Below the pieces are notes generated by a model that was not told the origin of the DNA, did no database searches, and saw only the letters and a list, made by a program, of their open reading frames with translations. Of a stretch of DNA of 64,000 bases, positions 1 to 12,468 are shown piece after piece (the first letter of the stretch is position 1; the number at the start of each line of letters is the position of its first letter). The stretch is taken from the NCBI GenBank assembly GCA_964234715.1, contig OZ174277.1. One strand, given 5' to 3'. The translations under genes and the position numbers were made by a program. Source of the DNA: Podarcis melisellensis (Eukaryota).

Positions 1-128
1 GCTGAGAAGGCCCTCTGCCTAGTTCTCTGTAACTTCAGTTCTCACAGTGAGGGAACCGCCAGAAGGCCACTGAGCTGGACCTCAGTGTCCAGGCTAAACA
101 ATGGGGGTGGTGTAGCTCCTTCAGGTAC
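1..128 (-). mobile_element. L2-clade LINE fragment
   Basis: Closely similar to the L2 copies at 7349-7858 and 37130-37270. Confidence 0.7.
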
Positions 129-545
129 AGTTGATTGATATACATACAGTAACATATGTAAAGTTTCTTAACCAATCAGATTAGACTAAAAGGTAGCTTA
201 CAAAATGGGGTAAAATGTGCTGGGGATCATCTGTACTTATATATCTCTTTCAGGTTGATTATGCCTATATTTTTGTGTTGACCACGGACTTTTAGCAAAT
301 AAATGTGACTAATTTATGACACAGACACCATCCTGGGATAACACATCAGGTTGAATCCCCCTATCTAAAACCTCCTTTAAATATCTACTAGAACCAAAGG
401 GTGGGATTCCCTTAAAGATTCTTGTCAATGGAAGCCATGCAGAAGGACTTCCACTTGCACAATAGGGCTTTTCCTCTTCTTTTCCCCCTGCATCCCCCAA
501 AATGGGCTCTAGGGGTGTTGGGAGAATCAGAGAAGCCTTAGCACT

Positions 546-808
546 GGGAGCCAGTGTGGTGTAGTGGTTAAGAGCGGTAGTCTCGTAATCTGGTGAACCG
601 GGTTCGCGTCTCTGCTCCTTCACATGCAGCTGCTGGGTGACCTTGGGCCAGTCACACTTCTTTGAAGTCTCTCAGCCTCACTCACCTTACAGAGTGTTTG
701 TTGTGGGGGAGGAAGGGAAAGGAGAATGTTAGCCGCTTTGAGACTCCTTAGGGTAGTGATAAAATGGGATATTAAATCCAAACTCTTCTTCAGCAGCAAC
801 AACAACAG
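546..808 (+). mobile_element. tRNA-derived SINE (non-Sauria squamate family)
   Basis: A box (TGGTGTAGTGG) and B box (GGTTCGCGTC); near-identical copy at 14651-14910; (CTT)/(CAG/CAA) tail. Confidence 0.8.
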
Positions 809-1409
809 AGGAAGGCTCGGAACCAAGGGAGTGGTTGTGGGGCACTAAGACAGGTCAGAGGATGACTGGTAGGGCAGAATGGTTGGATGCTGAACAAGCA
901 ACAGGCTTGAGTGAGAGAGAGGAAGAAGAGGCAGAAAGCACTGCAGGTGTAGGACAGGCAGCGGTAGAAGAGGTGGAGACTGAGGTTGCAACAGATTAAT
1001 AATAATAAATGATGATGATGTTATTATTTATACCCTGCCCTTCTGGCTGGGTTTCCCCAGCCACGCACTGGAGCCTGCTGGTCCTACTGTACTCAAGCTT
1101 CCCTCCTCCTTTGTCTCCAAGGGCATGAAGAGTTCAGAGAACAGAGAGCACCTCCCCAATGGAGTTCATGACTGCTGGGAAAAGAACCAAACAGGAGGTA
1201 CAGATTGTCAGTTCTGGCAACTGCTTTACCATGGCCAGTCTTGCCCATAGGTTTCTGTTTGTGTTCTGTTTCCTTGAATAGATAAGCAACTTATTCTGAT
1301 AGACCCTAGTCTCACATGCATGTCCATATTCCCTGAAACAACGCAGAATGCAGTTTGCAAGACCTTCAATCCTTTTTATTATTATTGAGGGCTGCGTGCT
1401 TAGAGATTG

Positions 1410-1860
1410 TGATACATTTGCCATACCTTATTATCAATTGGTGGCAAAGGCCTGGAATCTGGCAGTAGGAGAAAAACTGGCTGAATGCGACAGCTAAGGG
1501 GAATGAAATAAAAAGGGCCTGTTTGATGGAACATGGTACCCATTTATAACCTATGTGGTCTAACGAAGTGGTCTAGACCTTCCACCTGATTCCCAGAAAT
1601 CTATCTGGCTTGATACAGTTCCAAGGCACCATTGGTCTTTGGGTTAGAGAACAAAAAAACTAAAGCAAAAAATGAGAAACACATTTTCTTTATTGAAAGT
1701 CCTGATAATGATCTCCTGATCTATTGATTTTAGTTGTGATATAAGAGTTTGCTGATGATCACCCAGTGTTTATTTTGTATCCTTACTGCAGTATGATTGT
1801 TGATGTTCGTTTTATATTGCTCTGCTTGTTTATGTATCTCTTGCAAAAATAATTAAAACA
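1410..1860 (+). mobile_element. Degraded L1-like LINE 3' end
   Basis: Residual WW..W.LA..EKL..W.PF motif followed by an AT-rich 3' UTR. Confidence 0.4.
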
Positions 1861-4149
1861 TTTAAGGTTTTTTTGTTTAAAAACACCTTATCGAGAACTG
1901 TCATTTTGTTTGGTTGAAATCTGGCTAGCAGATTGGTATGAAGTACAATAAAAACTTTATGCCCTCCCTCCATTCAGTTTGAGAGCTTAGGAACTAAACC
2001 AGCAGTTCTTAAACCACTTTCCTACACAGATAATTCAAAACTGCTGGGGGATCTCAGCTGACCACTTACCAAACTTTCCCCCCTCTTCAGCACTAACATT
2101 ATTGTCAAAACTATCACTATATTGTGAAAATCACAGCCCCAGCCTGGGGCACTGAAAATGGTACCTTTAAGTGGCAGATTTCATGGGGGAAATTAGTACT
2201 GTTATAAAAATCACAGATCCTAAACCAGGGCTTTGGTAAATCTAGCCTGTGTCAAAATGGCCTAAATTTTCACTATCAGGAACAAATAAATCAAGTGCTG
2301 ATACCCTAAACTCTTCCAAAATATTTCTGTGGACCACCTGAATGGATCTTGTGCTCCATGGGATAGTTGCTTTGCAGGGTCAGACCTACATCCAGTTTTA
2401 AGCAAATTTATAGAAATGTAAATGTCATATTTTCTTCCTGGTAAGTATGCTGAAGAGTCCTGGTTTGAGGCCCATCTAAAGGCATTTTGACAGGACCCAT
2501 TCAAGCGTCCCCGTGAAGCTCTTAAGTTGGGTATGATGAAGCTACCGGTAATTGCTACTTAAGGTTGCTTCTAGGAAACTTCTATGCACCTCTCGTGACT
2601 ACTAGCCATTGATAAGCTTATGAACATTGATTCATCTAATTCTAAAGAAAGCCATCTATGCTAGTGTATATCACCACATCTGTCAGCAATTAATTCCATC
2701 AATTAATTATGCATTGTGCAAACAAGTCATTTTTAAAATTCTTGAAATTAGCAACCAAAGCTGTAATCCTATGCACATTTTAAGATGTTACCATACCCCA
2801 CTGAATTCAGTACAGCTTGCAGACTCAGGCCGCACATTTTACTCTATTTTCACAGGGAAGGAGGAATAAGTTTATTCACTTTCTCCATCGTTTTATAAAA
2901 CTCTACCATGTTCCTCCTTGGATAATACTTTTTTCCGAAAATAAAAGCTCCAGCCCCATAAGCCTTTTTTGTAGCAAGGCTGTGCCAACTCTCTACAAGT
3001 TTTTAAGCAGTCCTCACTTGAAGACACACTTGTTCATTGCTGCTTTTATGGAATGCTTTTAACTGAGCTGCTAAAATAGTGGTGCTGTTTTCTTCTGACT
3101 ATATTATGTTTTATTATTGTACTGGGCAACTTGCTGCAGTTTGTACATACTATTTTAAGGTTACTGGGAGTTTTAAAGTTTGTTATGTTGTTGCTGCATA
3201 TTTCAGAATATTTTACTGAAAAATGGTTCAATTTTTTTTTAGATGAATATTTTTTTATTGCCCTGTCCTAGATATTGATCAGACAATGCAGTGCAAGTCT
3301 CCCCTCAGAAGTAAGTCACATTGTTTTCAGTGGGACTTACTCCCGGGCTAAGCGCCAATTTGATTTCAGCCTTGCTTTGTTGGGGCACCCATGTTTGTAT
3401 TCATATCTGGATCCACTGGAAATGTCTTTAACTGCATTAGGATAGTGGATTCTGGATCTTACGTATTCTTGATTGTTACAGTTTATATTCTCTTTTCTCC
3501 AAGGAGCTCAGAGCTAAATACTGTACCCAACTCACTTCTAGTCCGTTGTGTTCAGGATTTCAGCCTTTTTGTTTTCACTTTCATTCTTTCCTGAAAAAGT
3601 TGGGCACAAACCAGCCAAACCTAAGCTAATTTAAGCCCCATCAGTTCCAACAGGAATGTTAAGCAGCGCTTAAATTCTCTCATGTGGTTCTACTGAAATT
3701 TTAAATAGGTCCTGAATTATTGTTCCGGTCCTCTCTCAATTTTATTTTCTCTGACCGATTGTGGATCTTGATTAGGAGCTGGGCTGTATAAACCCCATTT
3801 TCCTAGAAGAGTCTTCAGTTGTTGTTGTTGTTGTTATTAAATCTGTTTTACGGTTCCTCCTATTGTTTATTTCTTTTTTAAAAAATTGCCGCTTCATATA
3901 ATAGCAGAACCTCGTTCTTGAAGGAGCAGCGACCGAAACATTATTAATGGCTGTCACTTTTTAAGTGTGTGTGTGCATGTGCAAAGAATTATAACTGCAA
4001 TGCAGTTGCCATTCTTTGGGAGCAGCTTCATTCACGGCAACCTTTCACTTCGCGGGGTTGCCTTCTCCATCGGCGTTTCTCCTTGACAATGACACAGAAA
4101 AGAGACACACAGAGAGAAAGAAAGAGGCCTGCACGCTGCACTACCCCCG

Positions 4150-4930
4150 TTGGTCCCTTATTTCACAAAAGGGCGCCCAGTCGCGGCACCCACACCCCTT
4201 CCAACTTATTCGAAGCAGCCATGGTGACCTATATCCATAATCCGGCAGCCCCTCCACCCCGAGCAGCCGGCGGCAGAGAAGCCCCCGCGCCCCCCTTGGC
4301 GCCCTCCTCCTCTTCCAATCCCACCCGCTTTCCCCACAACCGCGGCGGCGCCTTTTTGCAAAACCGGCAGCGGCCTCCTCCCGCCCTCCCCAGCTGCCCT
4401 TCAAACCGGCCCTCCAATGGGAAAAATCGGCGCGGCCGCCGGCGGCCAATGAAGCGCAGGCAGCGAGGCGGTTGCCAGGCAGGTTGGGCCGAGCGGGTCC
4501 AATCGGGGGCTCACCCAACCCAGCGCAGAGGAGGGAGGGAGGGAGGAGGCGGCGGCGAGGAGAAACCGAGGGAGGGCGACGAGAGGAGGCCGGGCCGGCG
4601 GCGGCGGGAGAGGCCGAGCGAGCGCTTTCGAGGTCCGGGATGCCCTACAAGCTGAAGAAAGAGAAGGTGAGCGAGCGGGGGGCGGCGGCGCCCCGGGGCC
4701 GGCCCACCCCCCCCATCTCTCTCTGGCGCCACCCCGCCCCAGGGCCGGGGCGGTGGGGTGGGCGGGAGCGCCCGGGCGCCAAAGCCTTTCCCGGGGCCTG
4801 GCGGCATCCGAGCTCGGGGCCTCCGCCGGGAATGGAGCCGCCCCGCGCGCCGAGGGGGCCGAGGACGCAGGCAGGAAGCAGCGGCACTTGCAGCAGCCCG
4901 GGGCTTCGACGCAGGATCCGTGTGCCTGTG
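4150..4930 (+). promoter_or_regulatory. CpG-island promoter / 5' region of PPP2R5D with four CCAAT boxes
   Basis: Very GC- and CpG-rich block around the ATG. CCAAT at 4315, 4414, 4446 and 4499, plus GC boxes and no obvious TATA. CpG-rich sequence recurs at ~5450-6010. Confidence 0.85.
4640..4666 (+). CDS. PPP2R5D: PPP2R5D coding exon 1 (MPYKLKKEK)
   Basis: ATG at 4640; donor AAG|GTGAGC; phase 0. Confidence 0.97.
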
Positions 4931-5029
4931 CAACACACACACATCCAGGACGAGCAAAATCAGTGCACACACACCTGCAGGTCTAGGTTTGCAACACACA
5001 CACACATACACGTATGTATATCCTATGTA

Positions 5030-5470
5030 GGAAAGGGCGCACTGGCCAGACAATGCACCATATATGTTATTACCCCTGAGCACGGGCCTCTTGGGTTAAG
5101 CAAGCGCGCGCGCACACACACATCTTTATAACAATATCTGATTCACATATATTATATATAGGAAAGGTACTGACCGGGCAACGCACAGCACATTTGTTAC
5201 TACACTCTCAGCATACACAAACACACAATGTATCTTTATTTCTGTATCTACATCTAATGCATATATATATATTTAGGGTGGGGGGGGGGAGGACGCACGG
5301 GCCAGACAATGCACAGCACATTTGTTATTATCCTTGGGTGAAGCATACACACAAATACATACGTCTTTCTATCTGTCTTTTAAATCTAATTGCTGGAAAA
5401 GACGCCCTGGTCAGACAATGCACAGCCCGTTTGTTGTTAACTGCCTCTGAGCACGGGCCCCCTGAGTTAG
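5030..5470. repeat. Degenerate ~110-140 bp tandem repeat in intron 1
   Basis: Recurring GGAAAG..CTGGCCAGACAATGCAC..TGTT motif near 5030, 5160, 5290 and 5395, separated by CA/TA runs. Confidence 0.55.
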
Positions 5471-7348
5471 GCGCGCACACGCGCAGGCAGACAAGCACCC
5501 ACACGGGGGAGAAAATGTCCGCACTCGTGCAGGAGCCTTGCACCTGGGGAGAGGCGGGCTGAGGAGGGTGGCGGCGGCGGCGGCGTAACACAAGGGTTCT
5601 GACGGGCAAGAGGCCGTTGCATCCTGGACGGGGTGGAAGGGAAAATGCATAGGCCGAGAGTAAGGCGGGGGGGGGGAGGAGAAGAGGCGATCGCAGCATG
5701 GTGCATAGGCAAGCGCCGTTGCATGGCACGGACGGGAGGGGGTTTGGGTTGGGTTGGGTTGAGTGCTTGCTTGCTTGCGGAGAAAGAGGGAATCTTGTAG
5801 TGACGGCCTCCGTGGCAGTTCCGGAGGCGCGGGGGGGGGGGAACCCAACACGGATCTGGGCCTGGGCGTCCTAGAATGCAGTGTGCGCGCACCGATAGCG
5901 GAGGATGCGCTGCGCTTCTTTGTATGCTTCCTTCGCGTCCATCGCTTCCGGTTCGGGGGCTCCCTGTGCAGGCGTGTGCGCGATGCGCGCGTGTGTGTTG
6001 GTGTTGCATTCGGAGGTCAGACAAGCACAATAGGCCTCACACTTGTCTTGCCATGCAGCAGTGGGAGGCCTAAGGACGGATTGCTCCCTTTAAATCGGAC
6101 CCTTGCGTTTCAAGCACAAAGTTATGGAAAAGAGAACACAGTCATTGTTGCCTTTCGCAGTGCATCGCAACCACACCTAAGTGGCACTGGGGAAAATGCA
6201 GATTTAGGCAAGCGGCAGGAGTGGAAGTGGGGCAAATTCAAGGCCCATTCAAGGCACTGCCAATATGATATTTAGGAAGGATGTATGTGCATGTAAAGAG
6301 GAAGAATCTTGAAAAAAAGGTTTGATTGTGTTATTTTGTGCAGGGCACAGAGTTCAGGTGTGCGCTATGTGCAAATGCAGAGGAGGCTGTATAGGTAGTG
6401 TAAGCACCTGGTGGGGCTCTGGGTGCTAAGTGGGAGTGCACAGAGAGTCCTGTGCAGACATTGGCCAGGCATTTGTGCATAACTTTAAGGGGATAGAAGA
6501 CAGAACTCCTGTTCTGCAGAAGTATGCAGAATACAAACAAACCTGCAGAGTTTAGGATTCGGAGCAGAGTCTGAAAGACTTAGCACCCTAGAAATAATGT
6601 GCAAATTCATGTAACATGCAATGTAGGCGTGGCGCCTCTGTGCGACATACGACATGTGGCACAAATGTGTGGATCAGTTGCAGAGAGGAAGTGGGGCATG
6701 TTGGCATGCTGAGCTAAAGGTTCATGAGTGCAACATTCCTGCTAGTGGAAGTAGACATGCATTGCATAGGGAAGGCTGCATGTTCAATTTTCAGAAGCTC
6801 TTAGTAGGGCCAAGAAAGACTTCTATCTAAACCCTGGAAAACAGCTGCCAGGCTTTAGATGGCGTTGAACTTAGAACAAGACCTGTTCCTGTGTACTAAT
6901 GTTCACCTTCATGAAGCAGGAACATGTAAATAATAATAATTTTCTTATACCCCACCAGTGTTCGAAACTCCCATTGTCCTAGGCTCATTTTGTGACAGGG
7001 AATTTCATTAGCGCGAGCCTTTTCTGAGCTCTGGGTGCAGCACTGTGCCTGAAATTTCATATTAAAACTGCAGAGTGGACGGAAAGGAGGACCTTTTTTC
7101 TGCCTCCCCACTTCCAGCTACTCTCCGAAGACTGGAGAAGAGACCCTCTTAAGAATATTAGGGGGGTGGGCAGGGGAAGGACTGGACCCAGCGAAAAATG
7201 AACATAATGTTTTAGCTGCAGTTCATTCATTTTCAGCTTTGTATTCTTGTTATTAAAAAAGTGTGCCTAGACATTACGCTGTTGTGTCCATAACCTAGAT
7301 TTAAGGTGCCATTTAGCTCCTAGCTTCATATCTTAGTTTCTAGCACTG

Positions 7349-7858
7349 TACCCCACCCATCTGACTGGGTTACCCTGGCCACTCTGGGTGGTTTCCAGCA
7401 ATATACCGGGGGGGGGGGGGGACGGGACACACCTCACATCAAGCATTAAAAGCTTCTTGAAACAGGGCTGCCTTCAGATGTCCACGAAAAGTCATGTAGT
7501 TGTTTATCTGTTTGACATCTGACTAGAGGGCGTTCCACAAGGCGGAACTGAGAAGGCCCTCTGCCTGGTTCCTTGTAACATCACTTCTCGCAACGAGGGA
7601 AGGGCCAGAATGCCCTTGGAGCTGGACTTCAGTGTCCGAGCCAAATAATGGGGGTAGAGACACTCTTTTAGGTATACAGGGCTGAAGATGTTAGGGCTTT
7701 AAAGGTCAACACCAGCACTTTGAATTGTGCTTGGAAACATACTGGGAGCCAATGTAGATCTTTTAGGACCAGCGTTCTGTGACCAGTGTCCCAGTCACCA
7801 GTCTAGCAACTGCATTTGGGATTAATTGCAGTTTCCAAGTCACCATCAGAGGTAGTCC
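7349..7858 (-). mobile_element. L2-clade LINE 3' fragment
   Basis: Homologous to the L2 at 36333-37760, including the 3' terminal CCCAGAGTGGC..CAGATGGG motif. Confidence 0.8.
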
Positions 7859-9217
7859 CTGGTTCCAATTTAAATGAGACGTATCATCCACATACTGATG
7901 AACACTCAGCCCAAATCTCCTGATGATCTCTCCCATGTTTTATTTGAGCAGTGGATATGGACCTAAAGGCACAACACAGAATCTCTTCACAATATGGTTA
8001 TAACAGATAACAGCAAAGGTTGCTAGGTTCATAGCAGGGGCAATCAGAATAAGGGCCACTAACCAACGTCTGATTCCACACTTTAAATTGTGCTCCTATA
8101 TCCTATATATTGTTGCTATGGCCATTGGCTAATGCGAATAAAGTTTTATCTATCTATCTTCACAATATGGTTATCAAACACATGCATTTCACAGCAAAAA
8201 ACAAAAGTGGTCCTGCAGCATGGATACTGTTTGTTATTATTTCTATCCCACCTTTCCTCAAACAAGCCCGTTCTGCTCCCCATTTTATCCTCAAAGCAAC
8301 CCTGCACCATAGACTAGTCTGAGAGTGAATGGCTGGCTCAAAGTCACCCAGCAAGCTTCATGGCTGAGTGAGAATTTGAACCCTGGCTTAGTCCTTGTCC
8401 AGTACTCTTAACCACTATGCTGCACAGGCTCACTAAAGCGTCATTTTCCGCAGCAGCCCATCACATATGTATTGGCGCAGGTCAAATTCCCTTGCGAAAT
8501 ATGTTTTAATACAACTGGTAAATGTATTTTCCTTACCTGTGATGAAGATCGTTTACATTGTAGCCTGTACACACTTGCCTGAGAGAGAGCCCCATTGAAT
8601 TCTACCTTGGTCAGTACGGCTTCTGTCTGTGTTAGGGAGGAAAAAATAGGCCGAATACAGATTTTGTTGACTGTCCACACACCAGTTGAATGGAGCTCCC
8701 TCCCCGCAGCTTGAGAACCTCTTTTCAGTTTGTCCTCCAGTCTTTGTTCTCTGCCTGCATTACAAACTGCTTTCTAAATAGCAGTTTACTAGCATTTGCT
8801 TGCTGTTGGCAGATAAGCCCTTTCCCATGGAGGATGGCAGGAGCAGAGACTCTGCTGCTCTGGCTAAGGCAGAGAGAGCAACAGGCTGCAAAACAGGCAG
8901 CTGCCCCCCACCAGTGGGTGGGACTTCAATAGAGTCAGGTGCCCTTTTTAAAGGGAAGAGAATTGATCGTTCTAGCAGAAGCACTTGGATGATGATCAGT
9001 GTGTTTCCGTACACAGACCTTTCTCTTGCGCCAGGAAGTTTGTGTCTCTTGGGCACCGACATGGAGAGCATGGTATAGGAGCCTATTTATGGGATGGTGC
9101 CCTCTTTTTCTGTCGGGGTTTCATGACGCTTGCCTTGCAGGATCCATGAACTTTGTTAAGCTGTTGGTAAAACAGTCCATCTGAATGTGCTTTTTTCCTG
9201 TTCCTTTTCCTCCTTAG

Positions 9218-9340
9218 GAGCCTCCAAAGTCTACTAAAAGCACTACGAAAGCCAGTAGCAGCAGCGGCAGCAGCAGTGGTGGTAGTGGTGGCGGCGGCAG
9301 TGGCAGTGGCAAAGATGGAGGCACGGAGAATTCAGAAGAG
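9218..9340 (+). CDS. PPP2R5D: PPP2R5D exon 2 (EPPKSTKSTTKASSSSGSSSGGSGGGGSGSGKDGGTENSEE)
   Basis: Pyrimidine tract + TAG acceptor; donor GAG|GTAGGA; 123 nt; EPPK...KDGG.EN.EE homology. Confidence 0.95.
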
Positions 9341-11495
9341 GTAGGATGCTGAAGTCATCTTTTGCACGATGTATATTGCAGTCTGGTTGGCTTCCCCGAC
9401 ACGGGGACCACCAGATATTTGGGACTGCAACTTCCATCAGTGTTCCTATCAGCTCCTGTGCTGATGGGTTATTGTGAGATCAGAGAGGGAGAAGGGGATT
9501 GGTAAAGGAAGAATGGAAACCACCAGTAGAAATAAAAGCTCTACGCCAGCCGAAAAAGCATGTGAGAGGTTGCAATATGTGGTGGTTTAGCATGTAGCAT
9601 AATAATTAAGTGTCTGAACTATAAAATTCAAATCTACCGTTGGTGTTGGAACTCCTGAAATTACTTCCATTCAAGCCACCCGGCCTCAGCAGATTCCATT
9701 TCCTCATCTGAAACATGGTGATTATAATAATGATATACTGTACCTTATGTGGTTGTTTTACGGATTGCAACAAAATCATATACATAAAACAGTTCGGACA
9801 ATTTTAAATTTTGTATAAGTGTTGAATATAATCCATCTATCAGGTTTTGGTAATTTGTGATTATTTCCTGAGCTCTTTTACCTACCCTCTTATTTAATTA
9901 TAAAATATGGTCGTTTTAGATGAAAAATAGGCAGAAACTATTTTATGGAGTTTTTTTTTTAAATTAAGAGGGATAAAGGGTGAGAACTAAACCTTGTGGG
10001 AAAGGAACCGAACAGAAGACTAATCAAGTGTGTGTATCTAGGGTAGATGGAGATTACCAAAATACCATTTTGGTGCACGGAATTAATGGCAGAGAAATTC
10101 AAGTGAAGGGTGCCATTCATGGAACTGACTGTGGTAGAATAGCGTACAGGTTGTGGACTTGTTTTCAAAATCTAAAAGGAGATTTTGCATTTTTCTCTCT
10201 CCTTGAAATTCAAATAAGTGGCAGTATTGTAAATAGAAAAAAAAGGAGAAAGGTTAGAACAAAAATATCTGTTTCTCTATTTAGACCGAAACATCTTTTG
10301 GGGCTGCAGGTGTTTTTGAACTACACCTCCCATCATCCCTGATATTGGCCATGCTGGTTGGGGCTGATGGGAGTTGTAGTCCAAAACATCCGGAGGACAC
10401 CAGGTTGGTGAAGTTTGGGTTAAAAGGCCAGCAGTGCTGCAGGATTTGAAGTACAAGGGTTCTTCTTCCCATGGTACAATGTGTGTATTGTCAAATATGA
10501 GGATGCCTGTGTGGTAGTGAAGTTCTCTTAGAGTTAATCCTTCGTTGAGGCTTCTTGATGAGGTTCTGGTAGATAAGGTTCCCCCTCCTTGGGGTCTGCT
10601 TCCATTTAGCACCGACACCTCAGCCTTAGAAAACATGAGGTGGTCTTATTTTGGAATAAGAAACAAAGGTCCATTTAATGGTCACTTGGAGATAGGGCTG
10701 GAAAAATTCCAGCTGCTTTGTTGCTTGGGTTCTTAAACTCTTGATGCTGTCATCTAGGAATTGGAAAGGTCTGCAGGATCTGATAATAGCTTTTAAAAAT
10801 GGAGGCCTAGGACTTGAAATTATTTTTCATCAGCTGTGAGTTTGGAAGAAGTTTTTTGTGTCTGAAGTCGAGAGTGCTCCAAAGATATATCCTTCAATCA
10901 ATAGCTTTTAATAATTCGGGGCAACTCTGGAATAATAAAATTCTAGTACTGTACTAAAATATGTAAACACAATTGGGAATTCCACCTCGTGTATATTTGC
11001 TCATTGTGTCCCAAGCAGGAAGAGGAACACCATCCACTATGTTGGCCAGCAGATGTCTTGGGGGTTTCCCACAACATGACCCAGGGAGGAGTCAGGCTAG
11101 CATTTCCTGAGTCAATGGAAGATTCCCGTTTTCCTACTTGAATGTGTTGGTGGTAGACCTCTCCTTCCCATTTTGAATCACAGGAGTCCTAAACATTAGG
11201 TTTTCAAGGTTAGAGCCCTTTGATAATATTATTGATCACACCCGGGTTGTTGGTGGTGGGAGAAACTGTGGCTCTCCAGAAATAGTTGGACTTATAGCTC
11301 CCGTCATCTGTGACCTTGGCCATTCTGGTTAGGAGTTGGGAGTCTACAAGTACCCTTTCTTTGGATTAAACCAAACAATGTATTGTGGAAAGCTTTCCAT
11401 CTCCTAATGGCAGTGAAGATAGGGTTATTGCTTTCCCCAAAGGTAGCTGGTTGCTCTCAGATTTAGTGGGAGATGCTGTCCCATAATTTTAGAAG

Positions 11496-11640
11496 ACATC
11501 TGAAGGCAGCCCTGTTTAGGGAAGTTTTTAATATCTGATGTTTTATTGTATTTTTAATATTTTGTTGGAAGCCACCCAGAGTGGCTGGGGAAACCCAGCC
11601 AGATGGGTGGGGTATTATTATTATTAATAATAATAATAAT
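11496..11640 (+). mobile_element. L2 LINE 3' terminus with (TAT/TAA)n tail
   Basis: AGCCACCCAGAGTGGCTGGGGAAACCCAGCCAGATGGG + ATT/AAT tail. Confidence 0.75.
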
Positions 11641-11990
11641 TAGTGTTGAAGTAAGATTCAACTTGGGGTGGGCAGATGGGGTTATTGGTTTGTTCCTGTT
11701 CTTCTTGTTATTATGCATTTTGTGTTTTTTATCTTGTGTTTTTATGTTGAGATGAAGGGTGGTGTACAAATTTAATCATCATCATCATCTCCGGTTGCAG
11801 AAACAGACTTCTTTTATTGGCTTGAGGTAGATTAGGGTGAAGAAAGGGACTGAGTAAGCACCGGGAAATGCGTCTCTTCTTGTATTGTTGTCTTGAAGAC
11901 TTACTGCAAGTCCTAACATTCAGGGACAAGAGCCCCTTTCATCCAATGTAGGAATACTTACTCACAGATATGTATATTTGTGGGCATCAA

Positions 11991-12468
11991 GGCCATATTC
12001 GCAGCATACATTCGAAGTTCTGTGATATCACTTTGAACAGTCACGGCTGTCTCCCAAGAATTATGGGAACTGCAGTTTTTTAAGGGTGCTGAGAGTTGTT
12101 GTGAGAGTCCTATTCCACTTCAGGAGCTACAGATCCCGAAGTGGTTTAGCAGTTAATATATCTACACAGGGAACTCTTGAGAATTGTAGCCTTATGAGGG
12201 AATAGGGGCCTCCTAATAACTGTCAACACCCTAAACCAGGCTTCCTCACCCTCTGCCCTCCAGATGTTTTGAGACTACAATTCCCATCATCCCTGACCAC
12301 TGGTCCTGCTGGCTAGGGCTCATGGAAGTTGTAGGCCAAAAACATCTGGAGGGCTGAGGTTGAGGAAGCCTGCCCTAAACAAACTACAGCTCCCACAGTT
12401 TTTGGGTGGAAGCCATGACGGTCTAAAGTGGTATCAAAGTTCTTTAAATGTATGGTGTGAATGTGGCC
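11991..12468. mobile_element. Palindromic MITE (possibly Harbinger-like) with a nested hAT MITE
   Basis: Imperfect TIRs GGCCATATTC...GAATGTGGCC; related copy at ~39988-40848. Confidence 0.5.
12237..12372. mobile_element. hAT-type MITE (136 bp)
   Basis: TIR CAGGCTTCCTCA...TGAGGAAGCCTG; 8-bp TSD CCCTAAAC. Confidence 0.85.

Noticed and set aside
4163-4222. Strong-Kozak minus-strand ATG (MAASNKLEGVWVPRLGALL*) as a divergent gene start
   Set aside because: Short, not recognisable as PEX6 or another neighbour, with no convincing donor or downstream exons in 1-4100.
4449-4655. Upstream ATG overlapping the main start out of frame, and an open in-frame 5' extension from 4472
   Set aside because: These lie among or upstream of the CCAAT boxes, so probably 5' of the TSS. 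Cannot be supported without TSS data.
3969-6275. Many long overlapping ORFs (up to 228 aa) on both strands around exon 1
   Set aside because: Stop-codon depletion in a CpG island; low-complexity R/G/P/A translations. Only 4640-4666 is supported.
8539-8582. C/D box-like GTGATGA...CTGA in intron 1
   Set aside because: Only ~44 nt with no terminal stem; too short for a snoRNA.
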